Shown here piece by piece: positions 1-7,891 of a stretch of 32,000 nt of DNA; position 1 is the first letter of the stretch, and every line of letters begins with the position of its first letter. The notes below the pieces were generated by a model that worked only from the letters and a program-made list of their open reading frames with translations, made no database searches and was not told the origin of the DNA. Source of the DNA: Halomicronema hongdechloris C2206 (lineage in GTDB: Bacteria; Cyanobacteriota; Cyanobacteriia; Phormidesmidales; Phormidesmidaceae); the NCBI RefSeq assembly GCF_002075285.3, contig NZ_CP021983.2, positions 3,900,001 to 3,932,000 on the forward strand, in the 5' to 3' direction. The translations under genes and the position numbers were made by a program.

Positions 1-39
1 AGGTCATCCCTCTCCTTTTTTAATGGCTAGTTTTAATGG

Positions 40-915
40 CTAGAGATACTTCTGCAGCAGCAAGGACAGCTTAGTCTTGGTGGCTTCTGGGGCTTTGGCC
101 AGGGGAGTGATCACCGCAAACTTCAGGGCCGAGTGGGCCTCAGACTCGGGGGGATTAGCCGCCAGGCGACGGACCGTTTCCTGAATCACCTGCTGGGCAT
201 TGGCGGCATTTTTCTTGAGGTTACCGATCACCATCTCTACGGTGACGCTGTCGTGACCGTCGTGCCAGCAGTCGTAGTCGGTGACCAGGGCCATAGTGGC
301 ATAGGCGATTTCGGCTTCGCGGGCCAGCTTGGCCTCGGGTAGGTTGGTCATGCCGACGACGGCGGCGCCCCAGCTGCGGTATAGGTGGGACTCGGCCCGG
401 GTAGAAAAGGCAGGACCTTCCATGCAGACATAGGTGCCGCCCTGGTGCAGGGTAACCTCGGGTAACTCTAGGGATGCGATCGCATCGGCCAGCACCCCAG
501 CCAGGGCTGGGCAGACCGGATCGCCGAAGCCGATATGGGCCACAATACCTTCACCAAAAAATGTCGACACTCGATTCTTGGTGCGATCAATAAACTGATC
601 CGGCACCACCATATCCAGGGGCTTTACGGCCTCCTTCAAGGAGCCCACCGCCGACGCCGAGATCAGATACCGCACCCCCAGCTGTTTCATGGCATGAATA
701 TTAGCCCGGAACGGCAGCTCCGACGGCATCAACGTATGATTGCGGCCATGGCGGGCCAGAAACGCCACCCGGGTACCTTCTAGGGTGCCGACAATGATGG
801 CATCAGAGGGAGGGCCAAAGGGCGTGTCTAAGCGAACCTCGCTGATATCGGTGAGAGCCTGCATCTGATACAGACCGCTGCCGCCGATAATGCCAATGGA
901 TGCCTGCTGTGTCAT
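40..915 (-). CDS. mtnP: S-methyl-5'-thioadenosine phosphorylase (PNP/MTAP family)
   Basis: 291-aa ORF with an ATG start at 913-915. Motifs GIIGGSGLY (N-terminal phosphate loop), FLARHGRNH and [15 protein letters not shown] are typical of MTA phosphorylase and purine nucleoside phosphorylase enzymes. Confidence 0.88.
   Translation of the reverse strand: MTQQASIGIIGGSGLYQMQALTDISEVRLDTPFGPPSDAIIVGTLEGTRVAFLARHGRNHTLMPSELPFRANIHAMKQLGVRYLISASAVGSLKEAVKPLDMVVPDQFIDRTKNRVSTFFGEGIVAHIGFGDPVCPALAGVLADAIASLELPEVTLHQGGTYVCMEGPAFSTRAESHLYRSWGAAVVGMTNLPEAKLAREAEIAYATMALVTDYDCWHDGHDSVTVEMVIGNLKKNAANAQQVIQETVRRLAANPPESEAHSALKFAVITPLAKAPEATKTKLSLLLQKYL
476..483. repeat. HIP1 palindrome GCGATCGC
   Basis: Exact octamer read in the sequence, inside mtnP. 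Confidence 0.95.
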
Positions 916-1051
916 AGAAGTTGCTGTCTCTAGAGGTGCGGCTCTATCTTATATCGTGGTCTGGCCCATGCAGCTGTGAGCTAGGACGCAAAAGCCAGCT
1001 TTGCGGCGTGGGCGGTGCAACTAATGGCAAGATAAAGGCTGTCGTAATTAA

Positions 1052-1867
1052 TTGGTCTGGATCACCCCTGTGCCCACTGCTGCCACTACCCCGCAATCGC
1101 CGGATACCCCCCGCCATCCCATCTTCGACAGCCCCTGGTTTCGATGGCTAGAAGCCAGCTTAGGGACTGTGTCCCCAATGGGGAATGCCCCTATCCTCCG
1201 GTCCCAACACTTTCCCTGGGTGCCGCCCCTGGAGGCCAACTGGCAGCTGATTCGCCAGGAGCTAGAACAGGTATTGCGGCAAGTCGAGGCCCTGCCCAAT
1301 TTTCAGGACATCATGCCGCGGCAGCAGCGCATTAGCCCTGACAGTGGCTGGAAGACTTACTACTTCTGCGCCTTCGGCTTCGTCGCCCGGCACAACTGCC
1401 AACAATGCCCCCAGACCTGGAAACTACTGCAGCAGATTCCGGGGCTGCAGGTGGCCTTTTTCTCGATTCTGGCCCCCGGCAAACACATCCCTGAACACCG
1501 AGGCAAACACAAGGGACTGATTCGCTATCACCTGGGCCTGATCGTGCCCCAGCCGGCAACCGCCTGTCGGATTCGGGTCGGGAATCAGATCACCCACTGG
1601 CAAGAGGGCCAGAGCCTGATCTTTGACGATACCTACTACCACGAGGTCTGGAACGATACGGACGGCTACCGGGTGGTGCTATTTCTCGATATTGCTCGCC
1701 CCTTGCCGCTGCCCCTATCCTGGCTGAACTGGTTGATCTCCCGGCTGTTGAGCTTCTCGCCTCTGGTGAAGCAGGCCAAGGCCAACCATCACCACTGGGA
1801 ACAGCAGTTTGCCAAGGTCTCAGCTCAACCCACTCAGCAGCCTGAAGATGCCCTGGGGCAGCGGTAA
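1052..1867 (+). CDS. Aspartyl/asparaginyl beta-hydroxylase family 2OG-Fe(II) oxygenase (AspH/LpxO-like)
   Basis: 271-aa ORF. The core PEHRGKHKGLIRYHLGLIVP ... WQEGQSLIFDDTYYHEVWN matches the cupin metal-binding core of the AspH/LpxO family. The track start is TTG at 1052 and the true start is uncertain; there is an in-frame ATG at 1178. Confidence 0.7.
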   Translation: MVWITPVPTAATTPQSPDTPRHPIFDSPWFRWLEASLGTVSPMGNAPILRSQHFPWVPPLEANWQLIRQELEQVLRQVEALPNFQDIMPRQQRISPDSGWKTYYFCAFGFVARHNCQQCPQTWKLLQQIPGLQVAFFSILAPGKHIPEHRGKHKGLIRYHLGLIVPQPATACRIRVGNQITHWQEGQSLIFDDTYYHEVWNDTDGYRVVLFLDIARPLPLPLSWLNWLISRLLSFSPLVKQAKANHHHWEQQFAKVSAQPTQQPEDALGQR

Positions 1868-1947
1868 CCACACTGGAATCAGCAGCAATAGGCTGAGGTA
1901 GACTCGGGCCCGACGGGGATGTTCCGGAGGGCACTGGGCTAAGCCCA

Positions 1948-2721
1948 TCAGCAGCGCAGAATCGCGGCGAAGGCAAACACGGGAATCACCGCGTAGGTGG
2001 TGACGATAAACAAAATCAACCACCAATCCCGTTGCCGCCATAGCCGGGCTGGCCAAGGAGACAAAAAGGCTAGGGCCACTAGGCCCTCAATCGAGAGGGT
2101 CCAATAGGACAGGACCAAGCTGACGGATGACATCAACGGATTCGACGTCAGGGCGATGGGGTCTGTGTAGCCAGTGGTCTGCATCAACGAGAACAGCTCT
2201 CGATTGGCCGTCAAGGTTTCCACCGGCACCCCCCCCAGCAAGACGGCCCCCATGGCCAGCCGATGGTCTAGTAAGAAGGTCAGGTGGAGAAAAGACGACC
2301 CATCCAGATATTCGCCGGCGATCAGCTTCCAGGCAATGGCAAAGGCGAAGCAGAGCCCGATCAGCCAGCGGCCATTCCAGGCCAACACCTGCCGGGGTTT
2401 GGGGGCAAATATGGCTAGGGTGCAGGCCAGTACCCAGTAGGTAATCAGATATTCGTGGTTAACCAGCCGAAACCAATAGACGGTATTGTTGACCACTAGC
2501 AAGGCACTGAGGCTGATCCAGGCCCAGCGGCTTTGGAGCCAGGCCGGACGTCCCAGCATCGCTACCGCTAAGAGGCGTTCAGGCAAGCGGCTCCAGTGAA
2601 ACTGGTTAATTTCATGTAAGGCCACCAGCAGCACCGTCAGCTGCAGAATCAGGTGATGGCGGGGCTGGGCCATCAACCAGTGCAGTCCCCACTGCCAGCG
2701 TTGAATCAGGGCCAGTCTCAT
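1948..2721 (-). CDS. Multi-pass membrane protein, possibly HTTM-like (vitamin K gamma-carboxylase-type membrane domain), function unknown
   Basis: I trimmed track ORF 1948..2760 to the ATG at 2719-2721. That ATG overlaps the TGA (2718-2720) of the upstream 161-aa ORF as ATGA, which suggests translational coupling. The protein has several long hydrophobic segments. Segments VNHEYLITYW and AIAWKLIAGEYLDG resemble, from memory, the NHSYL and KKLDADWVEG regions of the HTTM domain. This assignment is tentative. Confidence 0.55.
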   Translation of the reverse strand: MRLALIQRWQWGLHWLMAQPRHHLILQLTVLLVALHEINQFHWSRLPERLLAVAMLGRPAWLQSRWAWISLSALLVVNNTVYWFRLVNHEYLITYWVLACTLAIFAPKPRQVLAWNGRWLIGLCFAFAIAWKLIAGEYLDGSSFLHLTFLLDHRLAMGAVLLGGVPVETLTANRELFSLMQTTGYTDPIALTSNPLMSSVSLVLSYWTLSIEGLVALAFLSPWPARLWRQRDWWLILFIVTTYAVIPVFAFAAILRC

Positions 2722-3203
2722 CGGGTCACCTCCACCAAGGGCGTGACGGGTTCGTACCACATGCCGCCGAAGGAGCGCTGATGTCGCAGCCGCCAGACTT
2801 GCACTTGCACCTGCTGCAGACAGACGGTCTCGGCCACATCGGCCATGGTCTGGTGGGCATAGTAGATGCCGCTGGCATCGGGCTGTAGCGAGGCCTCTAA
2901 AACTTGAGCCGCCAGGGCCTGCAGGCGGTGGAGATCTGGGAAGGTTCGCAGGCGCACCAGCTCTTGCTGACTAACCAGATCGGCGGGGGGCGCTAGCTCT
3001 ACCTGCAAGGGCTTACCATCGCAATCGGTAGCCAGCACCTGTAACAATCGCCGTTCGTCTCGATCGACGGAGGCAAACATGCCGAATCCGCCCCCATGCC
3101 AAGCACTCAGGCCCTGGGTCTGGGACAACACCAGTTGCCGCCCAGCGACGGCGATCAGCAACAGCGGCACGGCCCATTGATAGAGAAAATTACGGTAATC
3201 CAT
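2718..3203 (-). CDS. Hypothetical membrane-anchored protein (single N-terminal TM)
   Basis: 161-aa ORF with an ATG at 3201-3203. N-terminal hydrophobic helix WAVPLLLIAVAG, followed by WHGGGFGMFASVDRDERR. It overlaps the stop of the upstream MFS gene by 14 nt and the start of the downstream gene by 4 nt, which indicates an operon. I recognise no family. Confidence 0.5.
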   Translation of the reverse strand: MDYRNFLYQWAVPLLLIAVAGRQLVLSQTQGLSAWHGGGFGMFASVDRDERRLLQVLATDCDGKPLQVELAPPADLVSQQELVRLRTFPDLHRLQALAAQVLEASLQPDASGIYYAHQTMADVAETVCLQQVQVQVWRLRHQRSFGGMWYEPVTPLVEVTR

Positions 3204-3538
3204 GACGATGTAACTTCCAGTAGCCGATTAACCAGTACAAGCTGCTGATGGTGGCGGCGATGCCGGCAGCCACGTAGAAGACACTGACACCGCCTACTTT
3301 CCATAGCGGACCAAATAGAACGGGGGAGACAAATTGGCCTAAGGAGGCGGCGCCGGTGCCAATGGCCAGGATGCCAGCCCGTTGATGCCGGGGGGAGCGA
3401 TCGGCCAGGGCATTGTAAAAGTTGGGCATGACTAAGCCGAAGCCGAGGCCAAAGCCGAGGGCTGCCAGGAGAATCAGCGGCGGTTGCTGGAGGTGGGGAA
3501 TGGAGCCCAGGGACAGGGCCATGAGTAAGAATCCGGTT

Positions 3539-3546
3539 GCGATCGC
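3539..3546. repeat. HIP1 palindrome GCGATCGC
   Basis: Exact octamer read in the sequence, inside the MFS gene. Confidence 0.95.
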
Positions 3547-3977
3547 AGCGCCGCGACCGATGCGATGGGCCAGGCGATGGGCCCCTATCGCCGAGATGAT
3601 GGCGGCACCGATGGCTCGGCAGGCCAGTACTATGCCATTAAACATGGAACTGGCGCCAATGGCCGCCTTGAGATAGAGAGGCGCATAGACCACCACCACA
3701 TAAAACAGGGCCGAGGCTACCCCTAGGGCCACCAACAAAGCGGCGATGCGGCGCTGCCGCAACACCCTGCCGACCCCCTGGGTTTGGCTCAGGTCGACGG
3801 GGTTAGCCGTCGGGGTGACCGTGGCTGGCACCACCAGCCAGGCTGCCAGGGCCACCGGGATACCGAGGCCGTAGAGGCAAAAGGCCCAACGCCAGCCATA
3901 CAGCCCCAGCCAGCCCCCCAGGATGGGAAAAATCACCGTGGCCATAGACAGCACACTGGCAGCGTAGCCCATGAGAC

Positions 3978-3985
3978 GCGATCGC
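3978..3985. repeat. HIP1 palindrome GCGATCGC
   Basis: Exact octamer read in the sequence, inside the MFS gene. Confidence 0.95.
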
Positions 3986-4663
3986 ACCTCACTGGCATAG
4001 AGAGTACTGAGCAGACCAATGCCCCCCGCCGCGATGCCACCGCCAGCGGCCCCAGCCAGGGCCCGACAGCAGAGCATGGCCCAAAATCCCTGACTCAGCC
4101 CCCCCAGGCTGCCGAACAGGCCATAGGCCACTAGGGACCCCACTAAAGATTCGCCCGCCCCCGATGCGATTCGCCAAGAGTCCCAGGGTGGGACTGGCCA
4201 AGGCTAGCGTCAGGGTATGGGCACTGACCAACAGGCCAGCCCACTGAGAGTCCACCTGAAATTGGTCAATGACCTCTGGAAAAACCGGGGCCACAATCGT
4301 CCCCGTCGCACTCGATAATCCCCCCGCCAGTAATAACACCAGCAGAACCGGCCATTGCCGCCACCAATCGAGAACCGTAGAGACCTGGCTAGAGGACGCT
4401 ACCGACCTAACACCAGGCTTAGGCAGCGAATCAAGGGAATCAGGCACAGAGACTATCCGAGTTAAAACCGTAACCTGGAGGCACACCCCCCCTCGACATT
4501 TCCTTACTGTATTTCAAAAGGAAATAAATGTTAATATTTTCCATGAAATTAGATGAATATCTCGCAGAAATCGGTTTGCTATTGCGGCAACCGCATTGAA
4601 ACGGGGACACAGGTAAGCTGACACCGCTGTAGGCGACAACAGTATCGCTGTCAAGAGTCCATG

Positions 4664-4716
4664 TCAGAGTCAGAGGTCACTATTCAGAGAGTCACAGAAA
4701 GTCACTATTCAGAGAG
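4664..4716. repeat. Short direct-repeat array (iteron-like) in the divergent intergenic region
   Basis: The exact 16-nt repeat GTCACTATTCAGAGAG occurs at 4676-4691 and 4701-4716, a 25-nt period. TCAGAG occurs 4 times (4664, 4670, 4684, 4709). GTCAC occurs 3 times. Confidence 0.85.
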
Positions 4717-5432
4717 GGATAGCCCTTGCGTCCTAATTTAACCCAGGCATCTCAGCGATATCAGCGTGGCCCATGGCTAGCCGTCGCGCTTAAGTCTACT
4801 ACGCCGTGTATAGCAGATTACATGCCCCGATGGCTGGCATTAGCCCCTTGAGGCAGCTATGGATCCACCCTCCCATTTCCCTTGGCGCTCTGGCCCCTAG
4901 CCTACGGCAGGTAGGCTAATGCCATGGATTCAGCCGTAGGGGATGTTGCCGGTTGAGATTGCCATGATTGACTGGTTTAGTTCCCGGCATTTAATGGCTA
5001 CAGTCGCCGCGGCAGGGCAATGTTAGCCGCTTACGTATCCGGAGAATAGCGGCTCACCCTCCGTAACAAAAGCGCCTTATGCCACGGGTGCATCTACCCT
5101 AGAGCCAGAACTCTGCCCTTGGATTTGGAAAGAACATAGCCTCTTGAAAGTCAATGCAGGTATTATCGCAATGCGGTGTGTGATTCGTCGGTGATTCGAA
5201 TTGAGGGAGTCGATGGTTTTGAGTCATGGTCTGAGAGGATGTTGGCGGGAAGTGCATCTCGATGGCAGTAGCAAACGCATTGCCGCGGCAATGGTGCCAT
5301 GTATTCTCCCTAGGGCGCTGGGCGCCAAGCCTGGTGCTGCGATAGGACCGGTTGAAACCCCCTCTGGATCTAGGGTCGTTTCTCGTCTGGCTGGTGAATT
5401 ACGTCTCGATGTGTGAATGAGAGGAGTGGATT

Positions 5433-6719
5433 GTGGACGTCGTTAATGACTATGTACAGCACCTTCAGGCCAGTGGCTCTTATCCTGATAAGTTCATCTG
5501 CCATCGTAAGCAGGGCAACTTGGTCGAGATCGAAGAGGCCTCTACGGGTAAGTATCGTAAGGTTTTAACGTTTTGCACCAACGATGTGCTGGGCTTGGCT
5601 CAAGCCGACTCGGTCAAACAGGCTGCCATTGATGCCATTAGTCACTATGGCACCTCCAATAGTTCTTGTTCGGTGCTGAGTGGTCGCATCGATTTGCACC
5701 GACAACTGGAGACCGAGATTTCTGCCTTTAAGCATTTGCCCCATACCCATCTCTTTCTCAATGCTTGGATGGCTCTTCAGGCCTTGATGGATGGCTTTTG
5801 TCACTTGGCCATGCCAGTGCCCGGGTTTGAGCACACGCGAGAAACTCTGATCTTCACCGATGTGCTCAACCATGGCTGCATTATTTCGGCAGTGATGAAT
5901 GCCAGTAATCGCTCGGGCAAAATGTTTAACCATGGCCCTAAGGTCCGGGTGAAGGCCTACCGCCATTGTGATATGGATGATTTGGCCCGTAAATTGCGCC
6001 ACTATGTTCGCCCCAACGACCGCATCATGGTAATCTCCGATGCGGTATTTTCAATGGATGGGGACATAGTGCCCTTGCCTCGCATGCTAGACGTGTTGGC
6101 AGAGTATCCTGGCAGTGTGGTGGTGATGGATGAGGCCCATGCCAGTGGTGCCATTGGTCCCAAAGGGAAAGGCATCTACGACCATTTTGGGATCTCGCCC
6201 CAGTCGGTGCTGCAGCAGGGTATGGTGCCGATCATCATGACCACCTTCTCTAAGTTTGCCGGCTCTGCCGGAGCCGCCATTAGCGCCCCTAACCGAGAGC
6301 TGATCGATCTGCTGGATGTCTCCCCCACCTCCATCGGCACCATCTCGCTGCCACCCCCAGTGACGGCGGCGGCCCTAGAGAGCATTCGCCAGGTGCGCCG
6401 CCATCCAGAAATGGTCGAGCAATTACAGACCAATACTCGCTATTTGCGATCGCAACTGAGCCAAGCCGGCTTCGATGCCATTGGTGAGACCAACGTGATT
6501 CCGGTGATCTTGCCCCCTGAGTTAAGCCCTAAGGCCTTCGCCCGTTGCCTGATGGAAGAGCATGGGCTCTGGGTCTCCGCCATTTGGTTCATCGCCAAGC
6601 CACGCCTACGCATCACTGCCAATGCCCTCCATACCCAAACTGAGATGGATAGCCTCGTGGCGGCCATGGTGGCTGTCCGGGAAAAACTATCCGGGTCGGT
6701 GGTGCAGTACACTGCCTGA
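5433..6719 (+). CDS. PLP-dependent alpha-oxoamine synthase family enzyme (BioF/Kbl/Spt family; serine-palmitoyltransferase-like context)
   Basis: 428-aa ORF with a GTG start at 5433, 6 nt after a GAGGAG RBS (5421-5426). Family motifs present: NDVLGL, VLNHGCI, SDAVFSMDGD, MDEAHASGAIGPKGKG, and the PLP-lysine context TTFSKFAGSAGA. Confidence 0.85.
   Translation: MDVVNDYVQHLQASGSYPDKFICHRKQGNLVEIEEASTGKYRKVLTFCTNDVLGLAQADSVKQAAIDAISHYGTSNSSCSVLSGRIDLHRQLETEISAFKHLPHTHLFLNAWMALQALMDGFCHLAMPVPGFEHTRETLIFTDVLNHGCIISAVMNASNRSGKMFNHGPKVRVKAYRHCDMDDLARKLRHYVRPNDRIMVISDAVFSMDGDIVPLPRMLDVLAEYPGSVVVMDEAHASGAIGPKGKGIYDHFGISPQSVLQQGMVPIIMTTFSKFAGSAGAAISAPNRELIDLLDVSPTSIGTISLPPPVTAAALESIRQVRRHPEMVEQLQTNTRYLRSQLSQAGFDAIGETNVIPVILPPELSPKAFARCLMEEHGLWVSAIWFIAKPRLRITANALHTQTEMDSLVAAMVAVREKLSGSVVQYTA
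6446..6453. repeat. HIP1 palindrome GCGATCGC
   Basis: Exact octamer read in the sequence, inside the alpha-oxoamine synthase gene. Confidence 0.95.
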
Positions 6720-6757
6720 GGGAGGTCTGTTGGTACTCGCCCCTCCATCCTTGTGCT

Positions 6758-7891
6758 ATGACAACATCCCTAGCCCTCGAGATCCGACCCGTCACCACCC
6801 CCGCCGAGCAACAGGCATTTTTAGCGGTGCCTGGCCGGGTCTACCAAGGCGACAAGAATTGGGTGCCTCCCCTGGAGAGCACGGTAGCCAAGTTATTCGC
6901 TGCCGATAATCCCTTTCTTAGCTATGGCAAGTTCCAAGCCTTCGTCGCCTTCGCAGACCAGCAACCCGTCGGGCGAGTCGTGGCGGCCGTCAATCAGCGG
7001 CTGCTCGAGCGGGAAGGCCAGCCCATCGGCCTGTTTGGCTTCTTTGAGTCTGTCCCCCAACTTGCCGTCGCCGAGGCCCAGCTAACGGCTGCCGAGCACT
7101 GGTTGCGGCAGCAGGGCATGGAGCGGATACGAGGCCCCATCGACCTGTCTACCCACAACAACTGCTTCTTTCTCATCGATGGGTTCACCAGCCCCCCCAT
7201 GGTGATGATGCCTTACAATCCCCCCTACTACCCCGACTTCCTGGTCCAACTGGGTTGGGCCCAGGCCAAAGACGCCTATGCCTACGAATTATCCCTAGAT
7301 CGGCCGCTGCCTGAGAAATTTGAACGAGCTCACCACATCGCCCAGCAAGCCGGCATCACCTTTCGGCCCCTACGCACTCGCGGTGACGCCTTCCAGCAAG
7401 ACGTCCAAGACCTCTACCAGCTATTCACAAAAGCCTTCGCCAACAACTGGAGCTCCACGGCGCGCACCGAAGCAGAGTTTATGGCCGAGGCCCAGGAACT
7501 GCAGTCTCTGGTCGATCCAGACGTATTTATCATCGCCGAAGATCAGGGCACCATGATTGGGTTCCTGATGGGGCTACCCGATTACAACATTCCCTTAAAG
7601 CATGTCAATGGCAAACTGAATTGGCTGGGTCTGCTCAAATTTCTCTGGTATCGCCGTTACATTAACCAGGGACGCGTGATTGCCATCTGCAGCCTGCCCG
7701 ACTATCGTCGCCAGATGGTGCCCCTGGCCCTGGTCTATCTAGCCAGGCGCGGTGGCCTGCGAAAGCGGACGCCCTACCAGCGGGCCGAGTTGTCCTGGGT
7801 CTATGAAGACAATTGGCCTTCCCGCAAGATCATTGAAGCCGCCGGGGCCACTATTGCCAAGACCTATCGCATCTACGAAAAGGCCCTATGA
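6758..7891 (+). CDS. Large GNAT-fold N-acyltransferase, function unknown (candidate amine N-acyltransferase)
   Basis: 377-aa ORF, 38 nt downstream of the synthase. The C-terminal lobe has a GNAT-like motif-A region (VIAICSLPDYRRQMVPLALVYL) and the ending SWVYEDNWPSRKIIEAAGA...YRIYEK. The N-terminal lobe (NWVPPLES..., GLFGFFES, PYNPPYY) matches a widespread ~380-aa uncharacterised acyltransferase family as I recall it. Confidence 0.6.
   Translation: MTTSLALEIRPVTTPAEQQAFLAVPGRVYQGDKNWVPPLESTVAKLFAADNPFLSYGKFQAFVAFADQQPVGRVVAAVNQRLLEREGQPIGLFGFFESVPQLAVAEAQLTAAEHWLRQQGMERIRGPIDLSTHNNCFFLIDGFTSPPMVMMPYNPPYYPDFLVQLGWAQAKDAYAYELSLDRPLPEKFERAHHIAQQAGITFRPLRTRGDAFQQDVQDLYQLFTKAFANNWSSTARTEAEFMAEAQELQSLVDPDVFIIAEDQGTMIGFLMGLPDYNIPLKHVNGKLNWLGLLKFLWYRRYINQGRVIAICSLPDYRRQMVPLALVYLARRGGLRKRTPYQRAELSWVYEDNWPSRKIIEAAGATIAKTYRIYEKAL

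Larger units (their letters stand above)
3190..4486 (-). pseudogene. MFS transporter interrupted by a 1-nt insertion (frameshift or consensus error)
   Basis: Two overlapping minus-strand ORFs (3989..4486 and 3190..4143) together make one ~430-aa MFS protein. The N fragment ends with TM2 plus a motif-A-like GLLANRIGGGRI. The C fragment starts at VGSLVAYGLFG (TM3) and continues with typical Gly/Ala-rich MFS helices. Removing one T from the minus-strand TTT run (plus-strand AAA at 4145-4147) gives a continuous ...NRIGGGRILVGSLVAYG... The N-terminal start is uncertain (GTG at 4486 in the track). Confidence 0.8.

Noticed and set aside
19-43. Tandem duplication of TTTAATGGCTAG (19-30 and 32-43, 13-nt period) spans the mtnP stop codon. 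A third TTAATGGCTA copy lies at 4991-5000.
   Set aside because: The repeat is short, sits at the window edge so the context is truncated, and three copies of a 10-12-mer are not enough to call a repeat family. It is probably a small slippage duplication.
1048-2056. A cluster of Arg/Pro/Ser-rich ORFs (1144..1335, 1332..1559, 1424..1642, 1590..1976, 1820..2056) overlaps the AspH-family gene and its 3' flank.
   Set aside because: Their composition looks non-protein-like. They overlap a gene with clear family motifs, so they are spurious frames.
4269-4556. 95-aa plus-strand ORF opposite the MFS N-terminus.
   Set aside because: It is antisense to the TM1-TM2 coding part of the MFS gene, and I recognise no motifs.
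5201-5416. 71-aa ORF just upstream of the alpha-oxoamine synthase. I considered it as a possible acyl carrier protein, as found in sphingolipid clusters.
   Set aside because: It has no ACP-like DSL/DSLD phosphopantetheine motif and no helical amphipathic pattern. It has Arg/Gly/Ser-rich composition and no convincing RBS. I treat it as non-coding leader.
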